Shown piece by piece: positions 12,201 through 25,902 of a DNA stretch of 64,000 nucleotides. The translations under genes were made by a program, and so were the position numbers. This DNA comes from Podarcis filfolensis (lineage: Eukaryota). Below the pieces are notes generated by a model. The model saw nothing but the letters and a program-made list of their open reading frames with translations. It ran no database searches and was not told the DNA's origin. The stretch lies in assembly GCA_964270895.1 (NCBI GenBank), contig OZ185448.1, one strand, 5' to 3'. Within the stretch, counting starts at the first letter, position 1. Each line of letters starts with the position of its first letter.

Positions 12201-15200
12201 AATCCCCTCCTCATCTTTTCCTACCTTCATTTCTTTAATGCAGCTGTGGCTGACACATCCTTCCATTTTCCCTCCCCTGTGGCCCAGGTGCCCTTGACCA
12301 TCTTTCCCTTGGGATGTACTGGCACTGCTGGGTGGGGTCAAGTCCTTCCCTCCCACTACCTCACTCCCTGAGGGAAGAACCTCAGGTGAAGCATTGTCCC
12401 TGTTGTGAAAAAAGCAGTCCTGCAGCCCCAAGGAACCTGTTGCCTTGGGCTCTGCTGTGGTTGAAGTGGACAGTTTCCTTGTGAGGGGAAGGCATGGTGC
12501 TTTGCTGTCCGCTGCTTGAAGCAGCCAGATCCTCTTTTCACCTCTGTCCATTTGGAAGAGGAAGAAGCAGGTCAGCCTGGCATCCTCCCTAGGAGTTGTT
12601 CTCGGGGGTCAGCAACATGTCATCACTGTTATTCTTCTTGGTGCACCTGGCTTGCTCCTGGAAATGCTGGTACGCCCAGCAGCCTCCAGGGGAGCAAAAG
12701 CTTCAGCCTCTCTCCTTGGGCTCTCAGGATTGGCAGCTGTGGGGAGGATCAACACAGCCATCCGCAATGGCCTCGCTGAGAAGACAGTGGTGGAACTGAT
12801 GAACCCTGAGGCCCAGCTGCCTCCAGTCTATCCGTTTGCTGCTGAGCTGTACCAGAAGGAACTGGCCACCCTGCAGCAGCAGAGTCCGGACGTAAGTCCC
12901 TTGAAGGGTTTTGCTGATGGTTTGCTTTTAAGGTGCCCTTGTGAGATGTTGTTTGGGCATTCCTGCCAGGCCTGTGTGCATCCATGAGAAATGCATGTTT
13001 TCCACCATGAGTCAAGGAGCTGGCTGTGGCTCCCTATTGCATGTGTATGCAGTGAGGAACATGACCCGTGCAGGATGTGAACTTGACAAGAAGCTCTTCC
13101 ATGAGCTACATTCACAAGCATGCCAGCCACTCTGCCTCCCGGGGCACCTTCATCCTTCTCTCCTCCTGCAGCATCGCTGGGACTTCATGCTGGGATGAGC
13201 ATTTGGGGAAGGTGGATCAAGCTGTGCTTGGCTGTGCCTGGCCCCGGGGGCAGGAGCGCTGCTTGGCTGGCTGGCTGAACTTGGCGGTGCGGCGGGGTGT
13301 GTGTGGTGCTGAGGTTTTCTCCTACCATTTGCTTCTGAAATACCTCTGGTACTTTGGCCGATGTGATCTGCGCTTTTTCCTCTTGTCCGTGTCTACTTAA
13401 TGTGCACAAGTAGATCCCTCCAGGTCAGGCTTTCAGCCTGGCCTTCCAGGGATATTGCAGAATGCTTCTTTTACTCAGAGAGAGAAAGAAATGATAAGAA
13501 CCTTGAAATTGTTGACCCAGACCCAGATCCCTCCCTCCCCCTAGACATTCTGCCAGTGGAGTTTAGCCAGTACCATCACCCCATAGGCCTTGCAGTTCTG
13601 GCCTCCCTTCCCAGGCTCCCTTTCCCCACTTTGTGTGGTCAGCGTGGTCCTCTTTCTCTGTCTCCTCAGGGTCACCTCACACACCCAGAACTGTCGGTGG
13701 CTGTGGAGATGCTCTCTTCAGTGGCCCTCATCAACCGAGCTCTGGACTCCGGGGATGTCAACATGGTCTGGAAGCAGCTGAGCAGCTCAGTGACGGGTCT
13801 GACAAATGTCGAGGATGAAAACTCCCAGAGGTCAGACCCCCACCCCACTCCACAACACAACACACCCACCAGCCTTTCTCTCTTGAGAATGGCCAAGTGC
13901 TCCTGCGGCAGCAGCAGCTCAAGATGGCCGAAATGGGAGGAGACGAAGGAAATGGGACCTGTTAGGCCCTCTGGCATCGTGATCCAGAGTCCTCTGAGTC
14001 CCAAGTGGAGGCTCTGGGGATGGACCAGAGGGCCCAACAGCACCTCCAATGGCCAGTAGGAAGGAAGTGACAAGTGGTTTCCGGGAAGTGGGGTAGAAAT
14101 AGTGATTGGATAGTTCTGGCCTGTGAGAGCCCCTTTTGAGGCTCTGGCTTTTGGAACCTCAGGGTTAGGCCAGGGGAGCAGGTCTTGAAGGGTCTCCTGC
14201 AGGCAAACCCCTTTGCATTTGTGTGCTCCAGATCATTGCCACTGGGAATGGTGCCTTTTGCGCAGGCCTTCTGCTTCCTTCATCTCCTGTGGCCTTGCCT
14301 GTGTCTTCATGTTTTGTTCTCTCAGCGGCCAGCCCCTTGACGTGTGCTGTCTTGACTCTTGGCAGATACATTGAGGACTTGCTGAAGCTGAAGAGTCAGG
14401 CACGGAGCGAAGGGGCCGAGTTCATCACCTGGAATGACATCCAGTCGTGCGTTGACCGGGTGAACGTGGCAGTGCATGAAGAGCATGAGCGTAAGCGGCT
14501 CTTGGGGTGTGGAAGGCTCCCGGGGGGGGGCACCCTTGTTGCCCAGGCCTCCGTCCAAGCCCTATCAGGCCTAGTCGGTGGCTTGGGATCCGGAAGGCTT
14601 GCATTGGTCCTGTTGGTGCCATGACTGGGTGGGCAAGATTTCTTAGTGAGCCTGAGATCACTGGTGAAATCAAGGCGCCATTCTGGGAATGGATGTGAAG
14701 GCAGCAAAGCACAGAAGGGGATATTCAGAGGTGGAGTATGTCTTTTGCGTGGCCAATGGCTAGTTCAATTGGTGGCCACGCAAGGCAGTTTTCTAGCCCA
14801 GACTGTCATAGGTTCGTCAGGTGGTTGCCTTATCTATAAAAGTATCAGATCAACAGGAAGTTGTGGGCTGAAAATAACACAGTGCAACCCCAAACACTTG
14901 GGATGCTAACCAGGCAAGACAGCATGCCAGGATGTGCTGTCGAAAGTCTGGCCCATCTTGTCTTCCCTGTGCACTTGGCCTCTGTTAGGGTGAGGTCAGT
15001 GTCTCCCTTGAGGGAGGAGACGGTGCTCCTCCTCCTCAGGGGCAGGAGAATGGGAGGACCTCCTTCAGCCCGGGAACGTCAGCAAGGGTGAAGTGGGTCT
15101 CATCAGAGGGAGGCAGGTCCTCCAGGGTCCAGCATCTTTTGTGTTCCGCAGGTGCTTCCGTTGCTCTGAGGAACAAGATGCTAGAGGCCTTGTCAGGCTT

Positions 15201-18200
15201 TAGCTACCTTGAACTCAGCGATTCCAATTAGGGTTTTTATGGCTGGTGTACGGTTTTTACAACGTCTTCTGTAGCTCTATAAATTCATATTTAGGGCTAG
15301 TATATGACTTTTGTAATTTGTTTTATATTTTAATACTGCATGAAAGCCACCTTGGGAAAGTCGTTTCCCTAAAGGGTGGCATATAAGCCTTTAGAGGGAA
15401 TAAACGGCAAAGTCAGCCCTCCCTGCCTGCTCCCCTCTGTGGGCTCTCCCAGTCAACCCTGGCTGCTCCCTCAGCCCTTTCAGTAAACTGGGGAGTGCTT
15501 TTCCCTTCCTCTCCTTGCCTCGTCCTCAGGTGCCTGGCCTAACAGTTGCAGTGTGTGGGCCAGCAGAGAGCAGGAGCAGAAGGCCTACCGGGGGGTGTGC
15601 CTCATGTGCCCCTAGAGATCCCCCTGCCTTCATCCTTCCTTTGTGTCCTGTTTGTTCCAGGGATCTTGGCAATCGGGCTCATCAATGAGGCTTTGGACGA
15701 AGGAGATGCGAGGAAGACCTTGCAGGCACTGCAGATTCCTGCAGCAAAGCTGGAGGGGGTCACCCCCAAAGTAGCACAGCATTACCAAGATGTGCTGCTC
15801 CGCACCAAGAGGGAGAAAGCTCAGGTGCGTCGTGCATCCCTCCCTGCGTCCAGGGGTGGGGAGGTTTTCACTGTCTGACTCCTCCGCTGGGAGTGTTCCA
15901 CAGCCCCATACTTTAGCGGGGCCAGGCCAGATAACCTGGGCCGTCCTTCGACGCCCAGGGAGGATGGCAGTGATGCCTCTGTTGGCTCTCAGGGGCCTTT
16001 GAGTGGCCTCCTGTGTGTGCACTGTCAAGGTGTGCAACTTCTGCTGCAGCTTTGGGGTCCGCTTTGGCCCATCAATAAAATATTTGTATGGAATGTTGAT
16101 GTTTATTAATAGCATTGCTTGTCCCCAACTCCCTTTATGTTCATGAGCTTCTGTTGAGTCTCGTTTGGCCCATCAGGAAAATTTCTGGTTCTCTGAGGGC
16201 AGGAGAGGCAGAGACCCGGCCAATCTCCTTCCACCCACTTAGAGCAAGGGGTAGCCAATATGGTCCCCTCAGGATACTGTTGGACTCCAACTTCCTTTGC
16301 CAGCAAGGCCGATGGTCAGGGATGATGGCAGGAGCTGCCACCATCCCTTTCGAAGAGAGTAGTTCACTCTTCACCAGTGCTTCATTTGAGGCAAGCTGGA
16401 CTGGGTGCCATTTAGCTAAATGGATTTTAGTTTAAAACTGAGCCAGTCTGCAGGTGGAGGCAAAAGTTGCTTTGCACGCCAGTCATCTAGCATGTCAAAA
16501 TTGGACTGGCTGAGACTGGAGTGGGCTGGGAAGATTGAGAGGCAAAGTAGGCCTTTTGCCCCTCCCCTCGGTATGACATCCTCTCTTCTGTTTGGCTTCA
16601 GTTTCTCTGCTGGGGATGAACCTTGCTTTGCTTTGCTTTCAGGAAACTCGGGATGAAACAGCTGTCCTCTGGCTGGATGAAATCCAGGGGGGTGTTCTCC
16701 AGTCAAACAGGGACACAGAGGAAGCCCAGCGCTGTGAGTCTCCCTGTCGTCTTTTCAGCGGGTTTTTTTTTGGGGGGGGGAGCTGCCAATCTCTGTTCCC
16801 ATTTAAAGATGCAACCATGCCAGTGGAGTGGGAAGCAGGTTCTGTTTGTTTGGACACTGGCATTTCTCTTGGTTACACTTCCCAGAAGCCTGCTTCCTAA
16901 TACCCAACTGGCATTAGGGTCATTTTAGCCCTAGGGATCAAGGATGTCTCTGTTTCGTCTCTTGGGAGGTTGCAAGTCTAAGTCAGTAGCCTGAGATCTC
17001 CTTGTAAAATGGCCAGTGTTCACTGTGGTGTTTAATAATAATAATAATAATAATTTATTATTTATACCCCGCCCATCTGGCTGGGCTTCCGCAGCCACTC
17101 TGGGCACCTTCCAACCAAATATTAAAATACAGTAATACATCAAACATTAAAAGCTTCCCTAAACAGGGCTGCCTTCAGATGTCTTCTAAAAGTTTGGTAG
17201 TTATTTTTCTCTTTGACATCTGGTGGGAGGGCATTCTACAGGGCGGGTGCCACTACCGAGAAGGCTCTCTGCCTGGTTTCCTGTAACTTGGCTTCTCGCA
17301 GCGAGGGAACCGCCAGAAGGCCCTCGGCGCTGGACCTCAGTGTCCGGGCAGAACGATGGAGGTGGAGACGTTTATTTTTGTGGTTGCTCAGACTCCCCTC
17401 CACCCTCTCCCTGCGTTTTGGCCCGTGTCTCTGCAGAGGTCGCAAGGGCTTCTCTTGCTTTTATCTCAGTTGCCGTAGGGATCCTGGCCATCAACGAGGC
17501 AGTGGACCAAGGAGATGTTGGGGTAACCCTGGGCTGCCTGCGTTCAGCTGACGTAGGGCTGTATGGCGTGACCCCAGAGTGTGCAGACACGTACCAGCAG
17601 GAGCTGGCGGAAGTCAAGAGGACGAAACTGGCAGCAGGTGAAGGCGGGGGCTGGAGAGGAATGGGGGCTGTGGTCTGCATGGGCCTGGACTGGCGGAGGG
17701 GAGAGGCTGTGTTGACAGCTAGGCTGTCTTTGGCCATCCAGGCCAGCTTTGCCTCCTCTCCCCGCTCTGCTCCTACCTGGCAGTGTCTGCACACATTGTA
17801 CCACAGAGCCCCACGGTTCCTCCTCACGGAGGCAGAGAAAAAGGGCTTCTTTGTCCCCCTCCCCACGACATCCCATTTCTTCCAGGAGACAACGGCAGTG
17901 AGTGGGTGAAGCACTGGGTGAAGGGAGGCTACCATTATTACCATAACCTGAGGACCAAAGAAGGAAGCTGGGAAGAGCCCCAGGGAGGATTTGTGCCAAA
18001 TAACACACAGCTCTCCCGGGAGGATATCCAGGTATGTTGAGCATGTGCCACCTCCTCTAGTCCTCAGCACCACCAAATCAGGGCCAAGTGCCTCTTGACC
18101 TGGTCAGTGCAAGGGAGGGGTGTCATCACAGGGTATCAGGTTTGTTTTGCCCCCTCTCAAGTGATCCTTGATTTCCTTTGCTCAGTCACTGACATGTGCA

Positions 18201-18622
18201 AGGCCCTTTATGACTTCAGGGGGCAGTTTGGGTGCTTCTGCTGCAAGATTTTTTCTCGCTATTTCTTTAAAACAGAACTATGATAGGAGTGGAGAAGTGG
18301 GACCCACTTCCTTGACTTGGCAGGAATACCACCTGCCATTTGGTTCTTCCCCTCCCTTCCAGCTGCTCATTATAAAAGCTATTACGTAACTTTAGCAATG
18401 GGTCTTAAGTTTGCTGCTTTCCCTCCTCCCTCCCAATCCCACTTTCCTTTTGTGCCAAGTCTATTAGATTGTAAGCCTGTGGGCACAGCCTGCTTTTCTA
18501 ATCTTGGTACAATGCCTGGAAAATTGTAAGGTAGTAGCTATATGAGATAGTTGCAGCAAAAAGAATAGCCTCGTAGTACCTTAAACACTAAGAAATGTAT
18601 TATGGCATAAACTTCAGGTGCT

Positions 18623-18664
<42 letters not shown>

Positions 18665-21600
18665 AATTAATAATAATAATAATGGTTTACGTTCCAGATA
18701 AAAACCATAAAATACAATTATATCAGCAAAATATTAAAATGACACTAAAACCTGGTAGTACCCCTACACAAGGGACGCGGGAGGCGCTGTGGGTTAAACC
18801 ACAGAGCCTAGGACTTGCCGATCAGAAGGTTGGTGGTTCGAATCCCTGCGACGGGGTGAGTTCCCATTGCTCGGTCCGTACTCCTGCCAACCTAGCAGTT
18901 CGAAAGCACATCAAAGTGCAAGTAGATAAGTAGGTACCGCTCTGGCGGGAAGGTAAACGGTGTTTCCGTGCGCTGCTCTGGTTCGCCAGAAGCGGCTTAG
19001 TCATGCTGGCCACATGATCCAGAAGCTGTACGCCGGCTCCCTTGGCCAATAAAGCGAGATGAGTGTCGCAACCCCAGAGTCGGTCACGACTGGACCTAAT
19101 AGTCAGGGGTTCCTTTACCTTTTAGTACCCCTACACAGTGGCAAAAGGGCAGCAAAGGCAAAGTAAAGGTCCCTGAAGGTAGAGTGAATAAGCACTCCCT
19201 GAGGTGATGCAGGGAGCACCTGACAGCCCATCAGAGGCAGCAACTCCTTCCACCATGAAGGCCGTTCTCTTGGGTCACCCTGAATTGAGGGACCTGCCTC
19301 TGGGGCAGGGATGGGTATTGGTTGCCTTTTGGCCAGGTGCTGAGTGCAGCCTTTTTCCTCCCCCCCCCCCCGCTGCCTTTCCCCGGGCCAATGGGGATCT
19401 AGAGCTCCATCTCTGCTGTCACCGCCGCGTACAACCGAGAGCAGCTCTGGCTGGCCAACGAGAACCTGATTACCAGGCTGCAGGCCTGTTGCCGCGGCTA
19501 CCTTGTCCGCCAGGAGTTCAGTGGCCGGATGCGTTTCTTGAAGAAGCAAGTTCCTGCCATCACCTGCATCCAGGTACAGGGGGAACTGGTGGTGGGAGGG
19601 CAGGGAGAACTTGGGGAGAGAAACCAAAGAGCTGCTGGGGGTGGGCATTGAGGGTGGGGAACTCTGGGTCAGGGATGTGTAATGTGGCTGGTGTGTGGCG
19701 GTACCCACTTGGCAAAGCTTCCTTTGGTCTGTTGGCTGGGCTTCTTCAAGGTGCCCACAGTCAACCCTTTTGTTCTCATTCTGTTGTTTGCGGTTGCTGG
19801 CTGGGGATACCATATTCCGCAGGCTGTACCTCACGGCTGTGGAGAATTTGAGGAGCCCAGTTCTGGTGCCAGAGTGATGGGCAGCTAAGCAAAGGGCCAT
19901 GCAGCCCCACTAAGTCCCTGCTTCTTTCGCCCCAACCAAGTCATGCAAGAGAACAGTCCAGCATTGGCTTGGAAGAGTTTCTTGGTCTTTCCTGCTGGGG
20001 TAGGGGAGTGAGCTTGTTTAAGCTTTAAGCTCCCCCGGGGGATTTGTTGCAAGGGTGGTGGATATTTTGGTTCCTTGTTTTCAAATCTGGGTGAGAGAGG
20101 CTTTTTGGAGAGAGCTGGCCATGTTGCTGAAAGCCCAGATCCTGTTTGCTGCTCATTATGGTGCCACACCATCAGAGTCCCTCGTTTTGAGGTGGTTTGG
20201 CTTTTAATAGAGGCTGCTTTTGGTCCAGCAGCTGAGCAAAGAGAAGCAGTGGCTGTCCCCAGCTGTGATCAGTTGTGGGGTGCAGACTGGAGGGAAGTGG
20301 GGGGGTGTAGAAGCATACAGGAGATGTTGCAGTCAGGCAAAGGAGGCCTCTAACCTGGTGTTGGGTTTGGTTTCAGTCTCAGTGGCGTGGCTACAAGCAG
20401 CGAAAGGCCTATCAAGACCGCCTGAAGTACTTGGAGGCCCACAAGGACGAAGCGGTGAAGGTAATTATCTTTCTAGGTCAGGCACTTTGGAATTGGAGCT
20501 CACCCCACCCCACCCCTACTCTGTCTTTCCAGGATGGCTGGTCTTAACCCCTTATACATATTTATGCTTGACAACAATTTCCCACACTCTTTTAGATGTG
20601 GCGGCCATTTTATGTTAGGCCATGCCTCGAAGCAGCCATTTTGTAACCAGCACCCACAAAATTCCCGTGTGCCCACTAGCCCCAAAGAGTTGGCAACCTC
20701 TGCTTTCAGACAGACCTGATATGAGATCCTCTGGCCCATGGGTCTCATCCAGCCTTCTGGGCCTTTCCACCAAGCCCCAAGCCATGCCCCCTCCTCTTTG
20801 GCTGTGCTTGCTTCGCTTCCCCACCCTCTCACAAGAGGCCAGCAATATTCCCATCTCTCTTCCGGAAAAAGGCCGGCAGTGGTTGTCTGCCCTGATCCCC
20901 TTTTGCCTGATCTTCTTCTACTTGCTTTGCCTCTCTCAGTTAACCTCTCACTCTCCCCCACCCCCCGCAAAAAAAAGGAAAGGAAAAGAAGGTCCTGTTC
21001 CTCTTTCGGCCATCTGCTTCCCTCTTCCTCACTGCCATGGTGCCTGCAGGCAAAACAAAAACAACATCCCCTCCGTAGGGCCAAGCACTACCCAGGCCGA
21101 CTCCTTCCCAAATGTGTCCACAGTAACCTCCTAGCAAATGACTAGGCCACCTGCTCTGAAGCCTCCTTTCCCACCTCACACCCATGCAAGGCGTCTCTTG
21201 GTGCATGATGTGCTTCAGCCAAGATTGGAAAGCTCAGCCATGGATTGTCACCTTACCTGGCAATGTAAGGAGAGCAAAGGAGGGGGCTTCATCTGACCCA
21301 TGTGCAACCAGGATGAGGATACAAAGCCAGGGGCTCCACCTACCCTTCTCTACCAGAAAGCAGGAGGTCCCAGAGCCCCCATTCTCCCTCCTCTCCCCCC
21401 CCCCCACTCAGCTTAGTGCAAGACCCATTTTCAATTTTTTCCATCTTCCACAGATTCAAGCCATGACCAGGATGTACCAGGCCCGGAAACGGTACCGAGG
21501 TCGGCTGCAGTACTTCCGGGATCATGTAAGTGCATTACAGGTGGGGCACCTGGGATTGCTGGATTCCCTCCCATCAGCCCTGGTGACCAGCAGGGCCAAT

Positions 21601-24600
21601 GGATGGTGGTGATGTCAGTCATGATGATGATCGTGGAGGTTGCAGTGCAGTGACATCCAGGGGTGGAGGGGCGTAGATGAAAGCACAGGATGGCAAAGGG
21701 CTTGCTTTTGTCTCTTGGCTAGATCAATGACATTGTGAAGATCCAGGCTTTCATCCGTGCCAATAAAGCTCGCGATGACTACAAGACGCTGAGTGAGTAT
21801 TGCCAGGAAGGGAGGCCCACGCAGCTAGTCATGTCCTGAAACTGCCCAAGGAGGGACTGTTGTGGCAAGCAGGAAGGCTGCCATTTTTCATTGGTTTCCT
21901 ACAATCCAGTTGTCCCACAGGGGACATAAGGGGACAAAGCCACTCAGTGGAAGCTGATGGACCACCTTTTTCTCTCTAACTGGCATTGTGAGGTAACCAT
22001 GGCAATATTTGGCCCTGGCTATTTTGGTCATGGAAGTGGGTTTGGCATGTGACCTCGCCAAAGCTTATTAAGAAGTGGATTGCTTCACTTGCCTGTCCTG
22101 TTTCTGCTGAGAGCCTGCCTTGGCTCCTTGGACCTCCCCACTCCCTCCCTCCCCTTCAACACGGGGCAAAATGGAGGGGTTTGGGTTCTTTCCTTTCAGT
22201 CTGTCTGCTTCTTATGTACACAAGAAAGAGCGATTCTCTCATGAAAATAAATGAAAGGCCTGCTCCTTTTGTGCCATCAGCATTTGTCACCATTCCTTGG
22301 CTGGCGTCTTTCCCTCCACAGTCAATGCTGAAGACCCCCCGATGGCGGTTGTCCGGAAGTTTGTGCACTTGCTGGATCAGAGCGATCAAGATTTCCAAGA
22401 GGAACTGGACGTGATGAAGCTGCGTGAGGAGGTCGTGACCTTGATCCGCTCCAATCAGCAGCTGGAGAATGACCTCAACCTCATGGACATAAAAATTGGC
22501 TTGCTGGTGAAGAACAAAATCACGCTGCAGGTATAGTCCCCGCTGTCTGGGAGGGGAGCAACCCCCCTTGCCAAGTTCTCCTCAAGCAACAAGGACACAG
22601 TTGTGTATGGCGGGTTCTGAAGGTGTTTGTTAGCAGCCACTGAAGGTGTTTGTTAGAGCTCATAAAGCAACAGTTTCCCTCTCGTCAATAATTTCCCTGC
22701 CAGACCAGATCAATTATCCGTCAGTTGTCCTATGGCTGATGAGAAAGATGGCCACATCCACATAATGTGACGGTCGGGGGTAGCCTGTGTCTCTGAATAT
22801 GGTGGGTTGTGTATCTGCGAAGATAAGAGGCCCCGAACAATTCAAGGGATATCCAAATCCCCCAATTCGGCTATTGCCTTATGTAGATTTGGTAAGCATC
22901 TTTGTTCTTTTTCTGTCCCAATATTTCCATTTCAGTGATTGATAGATCTACTGATACTGCTCAGCAGGTAAGGAAAACTTGGATTTGAGGGCCAGAAGGG
23001 TGCTAGCCAGTATTTCCAAGTCTGCCAAAGTCTACTCTTGGATCAAATGTTCATTCTCGTGGCCAACCCCGACCTCCCACCTGGAGAGTCAGCGGCAGGA
23101 GACGAGGCCAGGGTCCCAGGGAAAGGATGGGTTGCTAAGCACAGGCTCTGAGTTCCCCTCTGCCCTTCCCTCCTCGTTGCAGGATGTCGTGTCTCACAGC
23201 AAGAAGCTTACCAAGAAGAATAAGGAGCAGCTCTCGGACATGATGATGTTGAACAAGCAAAGGGGAGGCTTGAAGGCTCTGAGCAAAGAGAAGCGGGAGA
23301 AGCTGGAGGCCTATCAGCACCTCTTCTACTTGCTGCAGGTGAGGAGAGAGGAAGAGCTGTAGCGGGAAGTGACCCTTTGTCTTCTCTCCTTCTCTTCTCT
23401 CTGTGAACTGCTCTCCATGATCCCCTCCTTGTTTCGCTGCAGACTAACCCCACTTACCTGGCTAAGCTGATTTTCCAAATGCCCCAGAACAAATCCACAA
23501 AATTCATGGACTCTGTCATCTTCACGCTGTACAACTACGCCTCCAATCAGCGGGAGGAGTACCTGTTGCTGCGCCTCTTCAAGACTGCACTGCAGGAGGA
23601 GATCAAGTACGTGGGTCGGGAGCCTTTAACTCTCAGGGGCTGCCTGGGGAGTAAAGACAGCTGTTAGGCTACACCTGTTCACCGCGCTTTGGGCTCTCAT
23701 TTTTTTAGTAGAAGTGCAGCCCTTGGCTACCATGGGGAGTTGTGGAGCCCAGATACCTGTCACAGAGGGCAGCTTTCTTTGGGCTTCTGGTTCCTGCTGT
23801 CACTTTGGCTCCCAAGTTGGAAGGCCAGGCATGAGTTTGCCATGTGGTCAGCAGTAAATGCTCACATGTGGTTGTAAGGGGAGGAGCAATGAAGCTATTT
23901 AAACTATTAAATTGAAATACTCAGAAAGAAAAAAATTGCTTTCCCCCTGACTTTGCATTCTCAGTTATAGTGGTGTGGGGGGCCCTTTCACATTGGAATA
24001 AGTGCACCACCCTGAGATTTTGTGATGAAGGGTAGTATATAAATTGGCTATAGATAGATAGACAGAGGTACTTGTGCTTCCCTCTTGGTGGGAGGCTGGC
24101 CGGCCATTGACTAATAGGAGAGACAGGGAGGAAACTCCTCCTGGTTGAAGGTTCTGAAGCAACCTGCAAACAAAAGCTGGATCTGAAAACCTGAGGATGA
24201 CAACAACAACAACAACAACAGGAATGTATGAAAGAGAAGTATGAAAATTGGAAGGCCACCCTCTGGGCTTGGGTACCAGCATCTTCTGCTGGGAAAGTAA
24301 GCTGGTTTTCATCCACATGTGTTTCCAGCAAGCCTTTCTCGCCTTCTTCCAGATCAAAGGTGGATCAGCTGCAAGAGATTGTGACGGGAAACCCCACAGT
24401 GATCAAGATGGTGGTGAGCTTCAACCGTGGTGCTCGTGGACAGAACACCTTGAGGCAGATCCTGGCACCGGTTGTGAAGGAGATCATGGAGGACAAATCT
24501 CTCAATATTAAAACTGATCCAGTGGACATCTACAAGTCCTGGGTCAACCAGATGGAGTCGCAGACCGGAGAAGCCAGGTATGAGGGGCTGTTCATGCTCA

Positions 24601-25867
24601 CAGGAGGTGCCAAGAAGAGTCTGGACATTTTTCAGGGGAGAGAAAGAGAAGCCCGGGTTGGGTGGGTCATGCCCTGAATCAGCACACATCCTCATTTGGA
24701 TTTTCACGTTTTGTGGCGGCTTGTATCTGAAAAGTTCCTTTCCCCCCTCAAAAGTTTTAAAAATAGATTCCATTCACTGATACGTAAGATTAAATATTTA
24801 GACTTGGAGGCCTCACAGTCATGGCCTTAGGAAAGGTCATGTAGTCATTCCAGGGCACAAAGGTGAGCTGAACCTGGCAAAAGGTTTAGAGCCATTAAAA
24901 AAAACACCATGTTCTCAATAAAGAGTGATATAGAAAGCTGCTTCCTTCATTCCTCCCTTCTGCTTTGGGGGCATTTATCAAGGGTCAGATGGTCATAGGA
25001 GAGGAATGTCGGCAAAGACCTCAAAACCCAAAGCTCCTGCTGGACCCCTTATGTCCCCCCCTTGCCCTCTGGGCTACCTGCCACCCACCATCCTTTGGGA
25101 AGGATGATTGGGACAGAAGACTCCCTTAGAGCCCATACCTGTGGGCCTTTCTCTCTCCCCACCCCCCACCTCAAATAGGGCTGATCTGTCACCAGGTGCC
25201 CCCTGGGCAGGATCCAGATGGCTGTTTATGCACATGTGCTGTTTGTTGTGTCTGTCCAGCATAAGCTGGAGGGCTAAGAGGGGGATGCAAGCGGCAGCAC
25301 CCTCCAGCCGACACTTCCCACCACTCACCTGCCTATGGCTTTCCCTTGACAGTAAGCTGCCTTACGACGTCACTCCGGAGCAAGCCCTGGCCCACGAGGA
25401 GGTCAAGACGCGCCTGGATGCCTCCATCAAGAACATGCGGGCCATCACCGACAAGTTTCTGCTGGCCATCATCGGCTCCCTGGAGAAAATCCCGTGAGTG
25501 TCCCCAGCTGCCCCTCGGGCAGATGCAGGCGGAGGAGGGTCCTTCTAAGCTTCTCTCCGCCTCTTTCCTCATTCCCGGCCTTGTTCTCCCTCTACAGCTA
25601 CGGCATGCGCTTCATTGCCAAGGTCTTGAAAGATTCACTACACGAAAAATTTCCTGACGCCAGTGAGGATGATCTGCTGAAGGTGAGGAAGCAGGGTTTC
25701 TCAAACGCGCGCACACGCACACGCACACACACACACTCGCTTCGCGCTCTCTTGGTCAGACCAGCTGTCAATCAGATTTGCAGCTCCAGCAACCTAGGTG
25801 AGCATGGAGGTGGGGGCTGCTTTGAGAGCAGAGGGGGTGGACTCGCTGCTTCTACTGCATCTCTCTC

Positions 25868-25902
<35 letters not shown>

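Noticed and set aside
18772-18860. tRNA-like sequence (also 48140-48215)
   Set aside because: These are SINE heads, not functional tRNA genes; the cloverleaf is incomplete or fused to a retro-tail.
19352-19402. IQGAP1 exon 19 acceptor with the pyrimidine tract displaced ~20 nt from the AG
   Set aside because: Still the first AG after the tract and gives the expected 171-nt exon; within normal variation.
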